Assembly: GCA_963726745.1 (NCBI GenBank)
Contig: CAVSDR010000003.1
Span: forward strand, 288,001 to 352,000
Direction: 5' to 3'
Source: an uncultured Verrucomicrobiae bacterium
GTDB taxonomy: Bacteria; Verrucomicrobiota; Verrucomicrobiia; Chthoniobacterales; UBA10450
DNA length: 64,000 bases
The notes below the pieces were generated by a model. It saw only the letters and a program-made list of their open reading frames with translations, did not search any database and had not been told where the DNA came from. Position numbers and translations under genes: made by a program. Below are positions 22,353 through 32,801 of this stretch, one piece after another (within the stretch, counting starts at the first letter, position 1; each line of letters begins with the position of its first letter).

Positions 22353-23405
22353 ATGAGAGAAATCATCGTTCGCGCCGGCGCCGCACGCTATCGCGTGCTC
22401 GTGGGGCGCGGGCTGCTCCGCACCGTGGGCGAGGAAGTGCGCGCGCTCGGGCGCGGGCCGCGCTGCGCGCTGATCGCCGATGCAAACAGCGGCAAGCTCT
22501 TCGGTGAAGATGTGCGCGCAGCCTGGAGGTGGCCGGCTATTTCCCGACGGTGATCACGCTGCCGGCGGGCGAAGGTTCCAAATCGCTCGAGCACGCCGGA
22601 CGCTGTGGCGGAGAAGATGGCGGCTGCAGGATTGGATCGGACGTCGTTCGTGGTTGCGCTCGGCGGCGGGGTGGTCGGCGACCTCGCGGGCTTCGTCGCG
22701 GCGATTTATCATCGCGGCATTCCGGTGGTGCAGCTGCCGACGACTTTGCTCGCGCAGGTCGATAGCGCGATTGGCGGCAAGACCGCGGTCAACACGCGCG
22801 CAGCAAAGAACTTGTTAGGCGTGGTGCACCAGCCGGCCTTGGTCCTGGCCGATGTGGCCGCGCTGGAAACGCTTCCGCCGCGCGAGTTTCGGCAGGGCTT
22901 CGCGGAAATCATCAAGCATGGCGTGATCGCGGACCCGGCGATTTTCGAAATGTTAGCCGGCGACCTGGAGGCGCTGGTCGCGCGCAATCTCCAGATCAAG
23001 GCAGACGTGGTCGCGTTGGATGAGTTCGACACTTCGGGGGCGCGCGCGGTCCTCAATTTTGGCCACACCGTCGGCCACGCGCTCGAGCGCGCGGCCGGTT
23101 ATGGCGCGCTCCTGCACGGCGAAGCCGTGAGCCTTGGGATGGTGGCGGCGTGTGAGATTTCCGTGCGCTGCGCGGGCTTGCCGGAGGCGGAGCGCGCGCG
23201 GGTAATCGCGGCCTTGGAGCAGGTCGGCTTGCCGACGAAGTTGCCGGCTAATTTTCCGCGGGGGGAGATTTTGCCGGCACTGCGCGCGGATAAAAAATTC
23301 GAGCGCGGTGAAGTTCGCTTCGTCGTGAGTCCGAAGCTCGGAAGCGCCTACCTCTCCTCGGAGATCACGCTCGCGGAGATCGAAGGGGCGATCGCAAAGC
23401 TTTAA
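22353..23405 (+). CDS. aroB: 3-dehydroquinate synthase, frameshifts near 22525 and 22600
   Basis: LPAGEGSKS, ALGGGVVGDLAGF, PTTLLAQVDSAIGGKT, AEIIKHG, LNFGHTVGHALE, LHGEAV, DKK. Confidence 0.92.
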
Positions 23406-23408
23406 TCT

Positions 23409-23541
23409 GGGGAGCGCAGGCTGCCAGCCTGCAGTTTCCGGCAGCCTGCCGGAAACACCTCCCTCTTCCCGAAACCTTCGGCCATCGCCCTCTGGACGCG
23501 GCAAGCTGCCGCGACCGGCAGGCTGGCAGCCTGCGCTCCCC
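23409..23541. repeat. REP/REPIN- or MITE-like element with 24-bp perfect terminal inverted repeats
   Basis: GGGGAGCGCAGGCTGCCAGCCTGC (23409-23432) and its exact reverse complement (23518-23541); internal hairpins GTTTCCGGCAG-C-CTGCCGGAAAC and CGCGGCA-AGC-TGCCGCG; lies between convergent genes. Confidence 0.75.
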
Positions 23542-23547
23542 GGAAAC

Positions 23548-24826
23548 CTACGGGCGGGCGCCGCGGTAATAATTCACCAGACCATCGGCCACGCCGTCGG
23601 CATACTCGCGGAAAATGCTCGGGCGCTCGGTGCCGTTCACGTTGCGCAAGCCCTCGTAATCGCCCTCCTGCACGCGCCAGAAAACCTCGTCGCTGTTCAT
23701 CACATACGGCTCGTAATAGATCACCGGGCAATCGTAGAGCCGCGTGGCCATAAGATTGCGCAGGAAGACATACTCGGTGCCCTCGACCGGGGTGACGTTG
23801 TCGGTCGTGTAGCGATATGGCGGCAGCTTCGTGCGCTGCGCGAGCGCATCGGCGGCTTTCCGCGCGAGCGGCAACTCCTCCTCGTGCGTCCGGCTGAGCA
23901 AACGTTCCAGCATCTCGAAGCGCACGTCGTCGAACTCCAGCTCTGCCGGCAGGTAAGCGCCGTTGACCAGCAGGTGCAGATGATTCCGCTCGATCAAACG
24001 CGGCGCGGTCGGCACATCCCAGGCCTCGGCGTTGAAGTGCAAACAGAGGACGACGTCCGGCTTCAGGCGTCCGTTCACGATCGCAGCGCGCTGTCTGATT
24101 TCGCTGTTGCGATAAAAGAGCAGCTCGCTCTCCCAGCGGACGGTGTGCTCCTTGTCCGGATCCTCCGGCGCCGGCGAACTCTTCGCGCGGCTGCGCAATC
24201 CCGTTGCGCGCCAGGACCTCCCGCGCGAGCACGCGCAAATCATCGGGGCGCTTCGGCGTGGTCGGCTCGTTCTCCGCGCGCACCAGCGAGACGGTGGCGC
24301 CGAGCTTGCGCAGCTTTGGCGCGAGCAATTTCGCCACCCGCAAGGTCATGTCGCCCTCGGTCACGGGCCGGCTGTCGCCCACCTGGAACCAGCGCTCCTC
24401 CATCTTCGCCCAGCGTCCGCCGATGTGTCCCGGGTCGAGCGCGATTTTCACCCCGGCGAGCGGGCGGTCCTTGGGCGGCGCCTTCCGCGTGGCGGTGCTT
24501 TTCCAGGGACGCGCAAACTTCCGGCGCGACTCCTCGTTAGGCGCGAAGCGTAGAGTAAACCAGCTCTGGGCGTCGTGATCGATCAGGAAGCGCGCGCGCT
24601 CCGCTTCCACCTGGATGTGTTCCGCGCTGTAGCCGCGGGTGCAGTAGACCTTTTCGAGCGCGGCCACGAAATCGTCGTGCGTCATCGTCTCCTGATATTT
24701 TTCGAAAGCGGCCCACTCAGGCGGGTGCCCCAGCGGACTGACCTTCGGCGCTGCGCCTGCAGAGAGCAGCAAAGCCAGGGAGACTGCGACCACCAGCAGG
24801 CAGCGGCGATAGATGATGCAACCCAT
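23548..24826 (-). CDS. Secreted Amidase_3-like protein, frameshift near 24170
   Basis: Signal peptide; PLAGVKIALDPGHIGG, EGDMTL, LCLHFNA, YYEPYVMN. Confidence 0.65.
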
Positions 24827-24874
24827 GGCTGGGAATGAACATCATTTCGCCCGAGGCGCTGGCGATTCCTGACT

Positions 24875-27859
24875 TTACCTTTCCCGGGTCTGGCGGTGAC
24901 GCCAGGTAGCAGCGAGGACAAGCGCCGTCAGCGCCGCGGCGGCCCAAGTGGCCGGCTCAGGCACGGCCGTGAGATTGGGCACGAACTCGTAGAATCCGTT
25001 GTAACTAATGATCGTTGCCCCCTGCGCAAACGGCATGGCGGCGTCGTTAAAGAACTGGAAAGAGGCGAGCTGCTCCGGCGAAAAGCCGGGGTTAAAGGAA
25101 GCCAAAAGCCGGTCATTGCCGGCGGACCCGGTATCGCCCAGGGGCGAGCCCGTCCAGTTCAAGATCGAGATCAAGCCGCCGCTTCCGGCATACATGGTAA
25201 TCGACGAGAAGAGCAGGGTGCTGCCGTTTCCGCCGCTGCCGAAGTCGATCGTGGTCCCGTTATGCAAAGTGAGGAAGCCTACGCCGACCGGGGAGCCAGC
25301 TGCGGGGCTGCCTTCGCTCAGTCCATTGGTCACCAATCTGGCCCCGGCCTGCAGGTCGATTGCCGTGTTCGCCCCCAGGCGGTCGTTCGAGGCCGTGGTG
25401 CCCTGCAAAAGCAAGGTGCCGCCGTTGTTCACGATGATGGTGCCGGCGCTGACTTTCCCGGTGGTTCCGATCTGCAGGGTGTTGCCCGTGGTGCCGCTGG
25501 CCGTGCCGATCACGACCTGGTTCGCCGTGACGCTGCCCTCGACCACCAGTTTGTTCGCGTTGGCGCCTGCATTGCTGCCGATGCGAATGGAGGTGCCGGG
25601 CAAGGTCACATCGGCAGAGTTGCCGGCCATCAGGATGACTTGATTCGAGCTCGTGGTTTCGCCCACAACCCAATCCTGGCGGGAGATGAAACTGATGCCG
25701 TCAATGGTCCGCGTGGCGTCCCCGACGTTCAGAGTCGTGATCGAACTGATAGTGCCGCTGTAGGCTTTGCCGGAATCTACTGCGACCCCGTCGCCATAAG
25801 ATGCGCCAACGACGAAGCGATCGCCATCCAGGCTGACGGAGTAACCGAAGAAGTCGCCACTAGCGCCATCCGAAGCAAAGAGCTTCACACTCTCCGTTAC
25901 GGTTCCTGTGGCCGTGTCTAAATTTTGAAAGAGGTAGGCCGAGCCTGCACCAGACTTCGCTCCGGGATTGTCGCCATACGCTCCGACCAGCGCGTTATTT
26001 CCGGAAATACTGACAGAGATACCGAAGTAATCATGAGCCGCGCGATCCGAAGCAAGTAGTTTTGCCGTCTGTGTCACCGTGCCATTGGCGGCGTCCAAAT
26101 TGCGAAATAGATAGGCCGAGCCCTCATCGGAATTCGCTCCGATATCATCGTCACCGTAGGCGCCCACGAGCGCGCTGGTCCCAGAAAGACTGACAGAATA
26201 GCCGAAGAAATCATCGGCCGCGCCGTCGGCCGCGATCAGCTTCGCGCTTTGCGTTACTGTCCCAGTGACGATGTCGAGATTCCGGAAAAAATAGGCTGAT
26301 CCTTGCTGAAAGTTGACGCCGATATCGTCGCCATGTGCGCCGACCAGCGCGTTACTCCCTGAAAGGCTGACCGAAGAGCCGAAGCGGTCACCAGAAGCAC
26401 CATCGGCGGCCACCAGCTTCGCGTTCTGCGTCACTGTCCCACCGGCACTGTCCAAATTCCGAAAAAAATATGCAGAGCCCCGGTCGCTGCCCGGCGCTCC
26501 GACTAGCGCACTGTTCCCGGCGAGGCTGACCGAGACTCCGAAGTGATCGTAGGCTGCGCCATCCGAAGCAGTCAGCTTCGTGTTCTGCGTCACTGTACCC
26601 GCAGCAGTGCTCAGATTCCGATAAAAGTAGGCCGATCCTTGGTAAGAGTTAGCTCCGACGAAGTCGCCGGGTGCGCCCAGGAGTGCGCTCGAACCGGAAA
26701 GGCTAACCGAATAGCCGAGGTTATCATAATAAGCCCCGTCCGAGGCGATCAGCTTCACGCTTTGGGTGATGGTCCCGCTGGCCGTGTTGAGACTTTGAAA
26801 CAAGTAACCGGAGCCCTGATAAGCGTTGACGCCAACGGCGTCATAAAATGCTCCGACCAGCGCGCTGGCACCGGAAAGACTGACCGACCAGCCAAAGTTA
26901 TCGTCGGTCGCGCCGTCCGAGGCCTGCAATCGCTGACCCAAGGCAAAACCAGACGCGGAATGAATCGTGAATCCATTCAAACGCGGGCTGTCGTTGGCAT
27001 TGGCCGTAGCCCGGAATGAGACCGTGCCCAGGGCGTTCGCAACTCCGCCGAGCGTGAGGGAGAACTGGCCATCGGCGGTCACGCTAGTGTTGTAGTTGAT
27101 GCTGCCCGAGGCGCCGCTGCCAAGGTTGGTGAAAGTCGTCGTGCCGCCCTGGGCTGAATGGTCGTAGGCGTAGAAGGTGAAAAAGTAGTCTGTGCCCGCG
27201 AGCAGCCCGGAGATGGTCAGTGTGAGGGCGCGGTTGTTGTCGGTGGTGACAAAGTCGCGGTAAAGTTCGCCCAGGGTGAAAGCGCCCGCATCGGCCGGCC
27301 CGCCGCGATCGCGGCTCCCGAGATTTCCGGCGGAGGCGGCCAGAGCAACGCTGAGGCTTCCGCTGGTGAAGCTGTTGCTGGCCGCGAATGACTGCGTCTG
27401 CGTGGGACCGCCGCTGATGTTAAAGGATTGCCAGCCGGTTTCGGTGGGGCTGCTGGGGGTGTTGAAGTCGATCTTGAGGACGGGGTCGCCGACAACGGTG
27501 GTCGCGGCCAGCAGTCTCTCATCGGACGCCAGCACAAGCCCAGCGCGGGAAGGGAGCCCGCGCAGCGACTTGGTCAAGCCAGCGCGCGCGTCCTTGACCC
27601 TGGTCCGCCGGAGAGCCGGCGTTTGCGAGACTCGTAGTGGCACGACTGGTTTCCACCACAGGCGGGAAAATTCCAGGCGCAGGGGGCGCGCGTCATCGAC
27701 TGCCGCATCGGCCTGAGCGGATACCATCTGCGCGGAGCCCGACGAGCAAACGACCGCCAGGTAAAGAGTGCTGGCTAATATGCCACAACGAGTTGCGGCG
27801 CGCGACAAAACGCGGAGCTGGATAAATGCGTTGGGAGACGAGGCGGCGATTGCTTTCAT
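24875..27859 (-). CDS. FG-GAP repeat surface protein with PEP-CTERM sorting signal
   Basis: About 7 repeats of KLxAxDGAxxDxFGxSVSLSGxxALVGA...GSAYxF; C-terminal VPEPATW + TM + basic tail; start uncertain (ATG 27859 chosen). Confidence 0.85.
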   Translation of the reverse strand: MKAIAASSPNAFIQLRVLSRAATRCGILASTLYLAVVCSSGSAQMVSAQADAAVDDARPLRLEFSRLWWKPVVPLRVSQTPALRRTRVKDARAGLTKSLRGLPSRAGLVLASDERLLAATTVVGDPVLKIDFNTPSSPTETGWQSFNISGGPTQTQSFAASNSFTSGSLSVALAASAGNLGSRDRGGPADAGAFTLGELYRDFVTTDNNRALTLTISGLLAGTDYFFTFYAYDHSAQGGTTTFTNLGSGASGSINYNTSVTADGQFSLTLGGVANALGTVSFRATANANDSPRLNGFTIHSASGFALGQRLQASDGATDDNFGWSVSLSGASALVGAFYDAVGVNAYQGSGYLFQSLNTASGTITQSVKLIASDGAYYDNLGYSVSLSGSSALLGAPGDFVGANSYQGSAYFYRNLSTAAGTVTQNTKLTASDGAAYDHFGVSVSLAGNSALVGAPGSDRGSAYFFRNLDSAGGTVTQNAKLVAADGASGDRFGSSVSLSGSNALVGAHGDDIGVNFQQGSAYFFRNLDIVTGTVTQSAKLIAADGAADDFFGYSVSLSGTSALVGAYGDDDIGANSDEGSAYLFRNLDAANGTVTQTAKLLASDRAAHDYFGISVSISGNNALVGAYGDNPGAKSGAGSAYLFQNLDTATGTVTESVKLFASDGASGDFFGYSVSLDGDRFVVGASYGDGVAVDSGKAYSGTISSITTLNVGDATRTIDGISFISRQDWVVGETTSSNQVILMAGNSADVTLPGTSIRIGSNAGANANKLVVEGSVTANQVVIGTASGTTGNTLQIGTTGKVSAGTIIVNNGGTLLLQGTTASNDRLGANTAIDLQAGARLVTNGLSEGSPAAGSPVGVGFLTLHNGTTIDFGSGGNGSTLLFSSITMYAGSGGLISILNWTGSPLGDTGSAGNDRLLASFNPGFSPEQLASFQFFNDAAMPFAQGATIISYNGFYEFVPNLTAVPEPATWAAAALTALVLAATWRHRQTRER

Positions 27860-27936
27860 AGCTGAGGGGTTCGTGACCTCAGCTTCTAACAAGACGGGGG
27901 ACGCCCACCTATTCCCCAAAATTAGGGGGTGGACTC

Positions 27937-28707
27937 CTACGCCTGGTCACCGCCATCGCCGCGCAGGAAACGCCGCATCAATTCCGCCTGCGAACGGACG
28001 CGAAAATGCCGGTAAACCTCCTTGATGTAGCCGCCCAAGGTGTGCAGAGAGATGCCCATTCCGTCGGCGATTTGTTTTCGGCTCTGCCCTTCGATCAGGA
28101 GATTCAAGGTCTGCCTTTGCCGCAACGAGAGGCGGGGGATGGTCACCGCGCGATCTTCCGGCCAGCCCTGTTCGTGCAACCACGGCACTTCGCTCAGGAT
28201 GATGTGGGCGATGCGGAGATCCCGCGCAGAAAATGGCGGATCCTCCGGGCTCCGGAAAATGCCGATCGTGCTCAATGACCTGGGGCCAATGGGCCTGGCT
28301 GACATGATCCCAGGGACCACGCCGGCGGCTTGCCAGAGTGGATAGGCACCCGAGAAGGCGAATCGATATTCCGGGTCGCTTTGCTGCCGCATGCGTGAGG
28401 TGTGAGCCTGGCGGCGTTGCAGCTCGGCAAAAAAAGGAGCGCTGAAATGCGCGAGATCGGGATGATCGAGCGCGCGCAGAAAGAGCGCGAATTGACCGTC
28501 CGTGAAGCCGCCGTGCAGAGAGCTGAGATGGACGGGTAATTGCCCGGGGTCCATGTCCGTGACCAAACTCCAAAGCCATGCCCGCGCCTGAATCAACTCG
28601 CTGAGCCCGCTCAGGAGGTAGCGCTTTTTCGCCATGTGATCGCCCTCGAGCGCAGCCACTTCGCCGAGCAGGCGCACCATCCGTCGCACATCGAATTCGC
28701 TCAGCAT
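27937..28707 (-). CDS. LuxR-family transcriptional regulator
   Basis: C-terminal HTH LSLRQRQTLNLLIEGQSRKQIADGMGISLHTLGGYIKEVYRHFRVRSQAEL. Confidence 0.85.
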   Translation of the reverse strand: MLSEFDVRRMVRLLGEVAALEGDHMAKKRYLLSGLSELIQARAWLWSLVTDMDPGQLPVHLSSLHGGFTDGQFALFLRALDHPDLAHFSAPFFAELQRRQAHTSRMRQQSDPEYRFAFSGAYPLWQAAGVVPGIMSARPIGPRSLSTIGIFRSPEDPPFSARDLRIAHIILSEVPWLHEQGWPEDRAVTIPRLSLRQRQTLNLLIEGQSRKQIADGMGISLHTLGGYIKEVYRHFRVRSQAELMRRFLRGDGGDQA

Positions 28708-28829
28708 CGCGCGTGGAACTGCGCCAAGCATGCGGCGAACGCCGCCGAAGCGTAAATGAAAATCACCTTTGCCGGCGGGCGCGTTCGCGGCCCTTTTGAT
28801 TTCCCCGTTTTTACCATCATCTTCGCGGA

Positions 28830-29650
28830 ATGCTGACGATCTTGTTTCTCGGGGACATCGTCGGCGAACCAGGACGGAGCGCGGTCATCGCGCGGCTGCC
28901 GCAGTTGAAGCAGCAATACGCGCTCGATTTCACGGTCGTCAATGGCGAGAACGCCGCCGCCGGGCGCGGGATTACGCCCAAGATCACGATCGACCTCCTG
29001 CGCGCAGGCGCCGCGGTGGTGACCACGGGCGATCACATCTGGGACCAAAAGGAAATCGTGCCCTACATCGCGACCGAGCCACGGCTCCTCCGGCCGATCA
29101 ATTACCCGAACGGCGCCCCCGGTGCGGGCACGATCGTGCTGGAGACGGCGAAAGGAAAAGTTGGCGTGATCAACGTCCAGGCGCGGACGTTTATGCAGCC
29201 GATCCTGGAGAATCCGTTCGAAGCCCTGGAGCGCGCGGTCGAGGAAATGCGGCGGGAAACGCCGGTGATCTTGGTCGACGCGCATGGCGAAACCACGAGC
29301 GAGAAGATCGCCATCGGGCGATTTCTCGATGGCAGAGTGTCGGCTGTTTTGGGAACGCACACGCATGTGCAGACGGCCGACGAACAGATTTTCCCCGGCG
29401 GGACGGCTTTCCTTTGCGACGCCGGGATGTGCGGGCCTAACGAGTCCATTCTCGGCCGCGCGATCGACCCGATCGTGGGCCGCTTCATCTCCAATTTGCC
29501 GGCTGCTTTCCCAGTGGCGCGCGGCGAGGTGCGAATCTGCGGCGCGGTCGTGCAAGTAGACGAAGCAACCGGGCGCGCCCTCTCGATCACCCGGGTGAAT
29601 GAGCTCATCCGCGCGCCGGCGGAAACTGGCGCTTTAGCAGCGCCGTTGAG
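28830..29650 (+). CDS. TIGR00282/YmdB-family metallophosphoesterase; true stop probably displaced by a frameshift
   Basis: LFLGDIVGEPGR, VNGENAAAGRG, TTGDHIWD, DAHGETTSEK, GTHTHVQTAD; homology ends near 29600; end coordinate approximate. Confidence 0.85.
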
Positions 29651-29654
29651 GCGG

Positions 29655-30254
29655 CTACTCGTCGTCTTCGTCGCCCGCGTCCTTGGCATTCGCCTCGTCT
29701 GCGTCCTCATCGTCGGCCTCGACCGAGAAGCGACGTTTGCGGCGCGCGGCCGGCAGGGGCGAGAGCGTCATGGTGATGTTGCGGCCGGCGATCTTCGGAT
29801 CCATCTCGACCTGCGACATCCCGGAGAGGTCTTCCTTCACCTTGTGCATCAACTGCATGCCGAATTCCTGGTGCGCCATCTCGCGGCCGCGGAATTGCAA
29901 CTGCACGCGGACCTTGTTCCCCTTGTCGAGGAAGGCTTCGCCGTGGCGGAGCTTGGTCATGTAATCGTGCTCGTCGATGTTTACCCGGAACTTGATTTCC
30001 TTGAGCTTCGTCCCGCTGCTTTTCTTCTCCTTCTCCTGCTTGGAGAGGTCGTAGCGGAACTTTCCAAAGTCGACGATTTTGCAGACGGGCGGGTTCGCCG
30101 TCGGCGCCACTTCCACCAGGTCCATCCCGATGCTCTGCGCCTTGCGAAGGGCGTCGGAAAGTTTCATGACGCCGAGCTGTTCGCCGGAAGCGCCCATGAT
30201 GACCCGGACTTCGCGAGCGCGAATCCGGCCGTTTACACGAATTTGTGGTTGCAG
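29655..30254 (-). CDS. infC: Translation initiation factor IF-3 with non-AUG (CTG) start
   Basis: IRVNGRIRAREVRVI, MDLVEVAP..NPPVCKIVDFGKFRY, KEIKFR..IDEHDY, FRGREMAH; frame open only back to a TGA, first plausible start is CTG at 30254, 11 nt after AGGAG. Confidence 0.9.
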   Translation of the reverse strand: MQPQIRVNGRIRAREVRVIMGASGEQLGVMKLSDALRKAQSIGMDLVEVAPTANPPVCKIVDFGKFRYDLSKQEKEKKSSGTKLKEIKFRVNIDEHDYMTKLRHGEAFLDKGNKVRVQLQFRGREMAHQEFGMQLMHKVKEDLSGMSQVEMDPKIAGRNITMTLSPLPAARRKRRFSVEADDEDADEANAKDAGDEDDE

Positions 30255-30463
30255 ATTAAATCAAGCTCCTGACCGGCGGGTGGGAGTGAGCCGCGCGCCG
30301 TATTGCACATTCTATCGCACGTTTCCACCGGGCTGGACGCCTGCCGGAACACTTCTGCCTGTCGTGGCTGCGATTCTTCGGGGGGACCGCAACAGGGGAC
30401 GCAGCCGGGGGCGCTGGTCGAACGGAAGTTGAGTGCAACTCCCCACGGAGGCAAGGTGAATCT

Positions 30464-31123
30464 CTACGCCGCCGGCGGCGTGCCGAAGTGAGCCGCGAAG
30501 CTTTCGTAGGAAACGAGATCGTCCAGCATCGCCTCGAGCGTCACCACGAGCGGCTCCAGCTTCGCAAACCCCGAAAAAACCGCGCGATCGCCGATCTCAC
30601 TCTCAACCACGAAGGTCGGCCGCTGCGTCACTTGCATGGAGTGAAACTCCGCAGTGCTGGCGCGGGCGCGCGCCTCCACTTCCGGCGAACGGGCGCGCTG
30701 CAATAGTTGCGCCTGGTCGAGGCCGGCGGCTTTCGCGCCGATCGCCGCGGCCGTTTCCCAGTCGCCGGTTTGCACGCCTTCGCGCACGGTCGCGTGCATG
30801 AGCGCGAGCCAGACGCGGTCGTCGACGACGCCCAGCTCGCGCGCGGCTTCCGCGACGAGGTTCGGCGCGAGACATTCCTTGATCCCTTTCTTAAACCAGC
30901 CTGGCTGGAGCATGAAGGGCGCGCGCATCATCATTCCGCTGCGCCGGTAGAACCACTCCGCCTGCGCGCGCGACTTCGGAAAGCCGGAGGCATCCATGAG
31001 CGCGATCTTCCACCGGAAGTCGACCCGCCCAGCGTAGCGCTCCTGCAATTGCGTCCACGCGGGCGCGGCCCAGTAGCACCAGGAGGAGATGACTTCGAGG
31101 TAGTTCGTGACCGTGATGCGCAT
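30464..31123 (-). CDS. DsbA-like/HCCA-isomerase thioredoxin-fold protein
   Basis: YLEVISSWCYW near the N-terminus and VTQRPTFVV cis-Pro loop. Confidence 0.7.
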   Translation of the reverse strand: MRITVTNYLEVISSWCYWAAPAWTQLQERYAGRVDFRWKIALMDASGFPKSRAQAEWFYRRSGMMMRAPFMLQPGWFKKGIKECLAPNLVAEAARELGVVDDRVWLALMHATVREGVQTGDWETAAAIGAKAAGLDQAQLLQRARSPEVEARARASTAEFHSMQVTQRPTFVVESEIGDRAVFSGFAKLEPLVVTLEAMLDDLVSYESFAAHFGTPPAA

Positions 31124-31207
31124 GGCCGCGACCCTCCCAAAAACTTCGCCACGCGGAAAGCGCATTGTCTTGCCGGCAAACGTGCCATCTTGCTGCCTCG
31201 AACCCGC

Positions 31208-32743
31208 GTGCCCGACTTTAATCAGCTCCTCCTTCTCATTGCCGTGCTTTCGCCGCTGGTGGTGCTCGTGCGCACCTGGCGGCGGGCGGCGCTGAATCGC
31301 AGCTGGCGGCTCGCGGCGCTGGCGATTTTAGCCGTCACCACGGTGGCCTGGCTGCTCGCGCCGAGCGCGGCTGGCTTGTTCGGCGGCACGGCCTGGTTGC
31401 TCCTGCTCTTCCTGCCCACGCAGGGCCTGCGGCGCATGGCGGAACTGGCGGCGGCGGAGCGTTTCCCCGCGGCTTTTCGCCTGGCGACAATTCTCTCGCT
31501 GCTCCATCCCGCGCGCGCGGTCCGGGCGCAACGGGCCCAGCTGCAGGCGCTCGCGCTGGCGCAACGTGGCGAGCGCGAGAAAGCGCTGGCTAAATTCGCC
31601 GAGCTCGCGAGCCCGCAGGCGCTGCGACTGCGGGGCGATTGGCCGGCCGCGCTCGCCTGGTGCGAAGCCCACCTCCCGCGCGCTGGGCTGGGCGACGACC
31701 CCGCGCTTCTTCTGCTGCTCTTCCGCTCGTTAGGCGAAACCGGGCAGCGCGAGGAGCTGGTGGCACAATTCGCCGCGCGCGCCCCCAGCCTGCTGGCGAC
31801 GCCGTTGCAGCAGCCGACCTTCATGGCCAGCCTGGCGCTGCTTTTCGCTTTTTGCGGACGCACCGCGAGTCTGCGGCGCTTGCTCGCGGAGGACTACGCC
31901 GCGCTCCCGGAAGCGCCGCGCGCTTTTTGGCTCGCGACCAGCCTGGCGGCGGAGGGCCGCCCGGCGGAAGCGCGCGCGCTCTTCGAAGGACTGGCCCGGC
32001 AAACAGCCGACCACCTCATCCGTGCGGAGGCGCAGCAGCGGATGGCCCGGCGGGGTCAGCTCCCACCTTTGCCGCTCACACCGCAGGCGGAGGCCACGCT
32101 GGCGCGCTTCGAGCGCGGCGTCTTCCAGCGTAAAGCTTCGCTCTTCGCGCCGCGCTCGCGCGGACCTGCGCCGGCCGTCTGGAGCTTGATCGCGCTCAAC
32201 CTCCTGATGTTCGCGATCGAGAGCCTGCTCGGCGGGTCGACCAATCTGCTCACCCTCCACCGCCTGGGCGCGCTCGAGCCGATCGCGGTCTACGTCGGCG
32301 GGCAATATTGGCGGCTGCTCGCGGCGCTCTTCCTGCACTACGGGCCGCTCCACTTGTTCGTGAACGTCTATGCGCTCTACGTCCTCGGGCCACGGCTGGA
32401 GCGGACCATCGGCTCGCTGCGATTTGCGCTCGCTTACCTCGTCGCCGGGCTCGGCTCGAGCGCGGGCGTGCTCTTGCTCTGGCGGCTGCGATTAATCGAA
32501 ACCGATCTGCTGGTCGGCGCGTCGGGCGCGGTTATGGGCATCGTCGGGCTTTGGGCCGGCATCCTCGTGGGGCATCGGCACGTGCCGGTGGCGCGGCGGC
32601 AACTGCTAAACATTGGCATCATTGTGGTCATCCAGACCGGGTTCGATTTCCTTTTCCCGCAGGTGAGCATGGGCGCGCACCTGAGCGGACTGGTGAGCGG
32701 CTTTCTCCTCGGCCTTTTCGTCCCGCCGAAGGAGCCGTCATGA
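31208..32743 (+). CDS. Rhomboid intramembrane serine protease with N-terminal TM/TPR-like region
   Basis: YWRLLAALFLHYGPLHLFVN, VGASGA, AHLSG; GTG start at 31208. Confidence 0.85.
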   Translation: MPDFNQLLLLIAVLSPLVVLVRTWRRAALNRSWRLAALAILAVTTVAWLLAPSAAGLFGGTAWLLLLFLPTQGLRRMAELAAAERFPAAFRLATILSLLHPARAVRAQRAQLQALALAQRGEREKALAKFAELASPQALRLRGDWPAALAWCEAHLPRAGLGDDPALLLLLFRSLGETGQREELVAQFAARAPSLLATPLQQPTFMASLALLFAFCGRTASLRRLLAEDYAALPEAPRAFWLATSLAAEGRPAEARALFEGLARQTADHLIRAEAQQRMARRGQLPPLPLTPQAEATLARFERGVFQRKASLFAPRSRGPAPAVWSLIALNLLMFAIESLLGGSTNLLTLHRLGALEPIAVYVGGQYWRLLAALFLHYGPLHLFVNVYALYVLGPRLERTIGSLRFALAYLVAGLGSSAGVLLLWRLRLIETDLLVGASGAVMGIVGLWAGILVGHRHVPVARRQLLNIGIIVVIQTGFDFLFPQVSMGAHLSGLVSGFLLGLFVPPKEPS

Positions 32744-32801
32744 CGCTTGCCGCTCCGGATTTTCCTGACATGCTTCGCGCCTTAACCCCAAGACCGCCGA
32801 C

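Noticed and set aside
25780..26940. Periodic ~180-bp nucleotide repeats resembling an array
   Set aside because: They are degenerate FG-GAP coding repeats, not CRISPR repeats or spacers; no cas genes are present in the window.
29650..30272. YmdB-like ORF extended antisense across infC
   Set aside because: The extension is just the reverse complement of infC. Stops exist in other frames right after the domain ends (about 29637-29649), so an indel is likely.
30339..30356. GCCTGCCGGAACAC similarity to the interior of the REP-like element (also CCGGCAGGCTGG at 52801)
   Set aside because: Too short and GC-rich to distinguish from chance.
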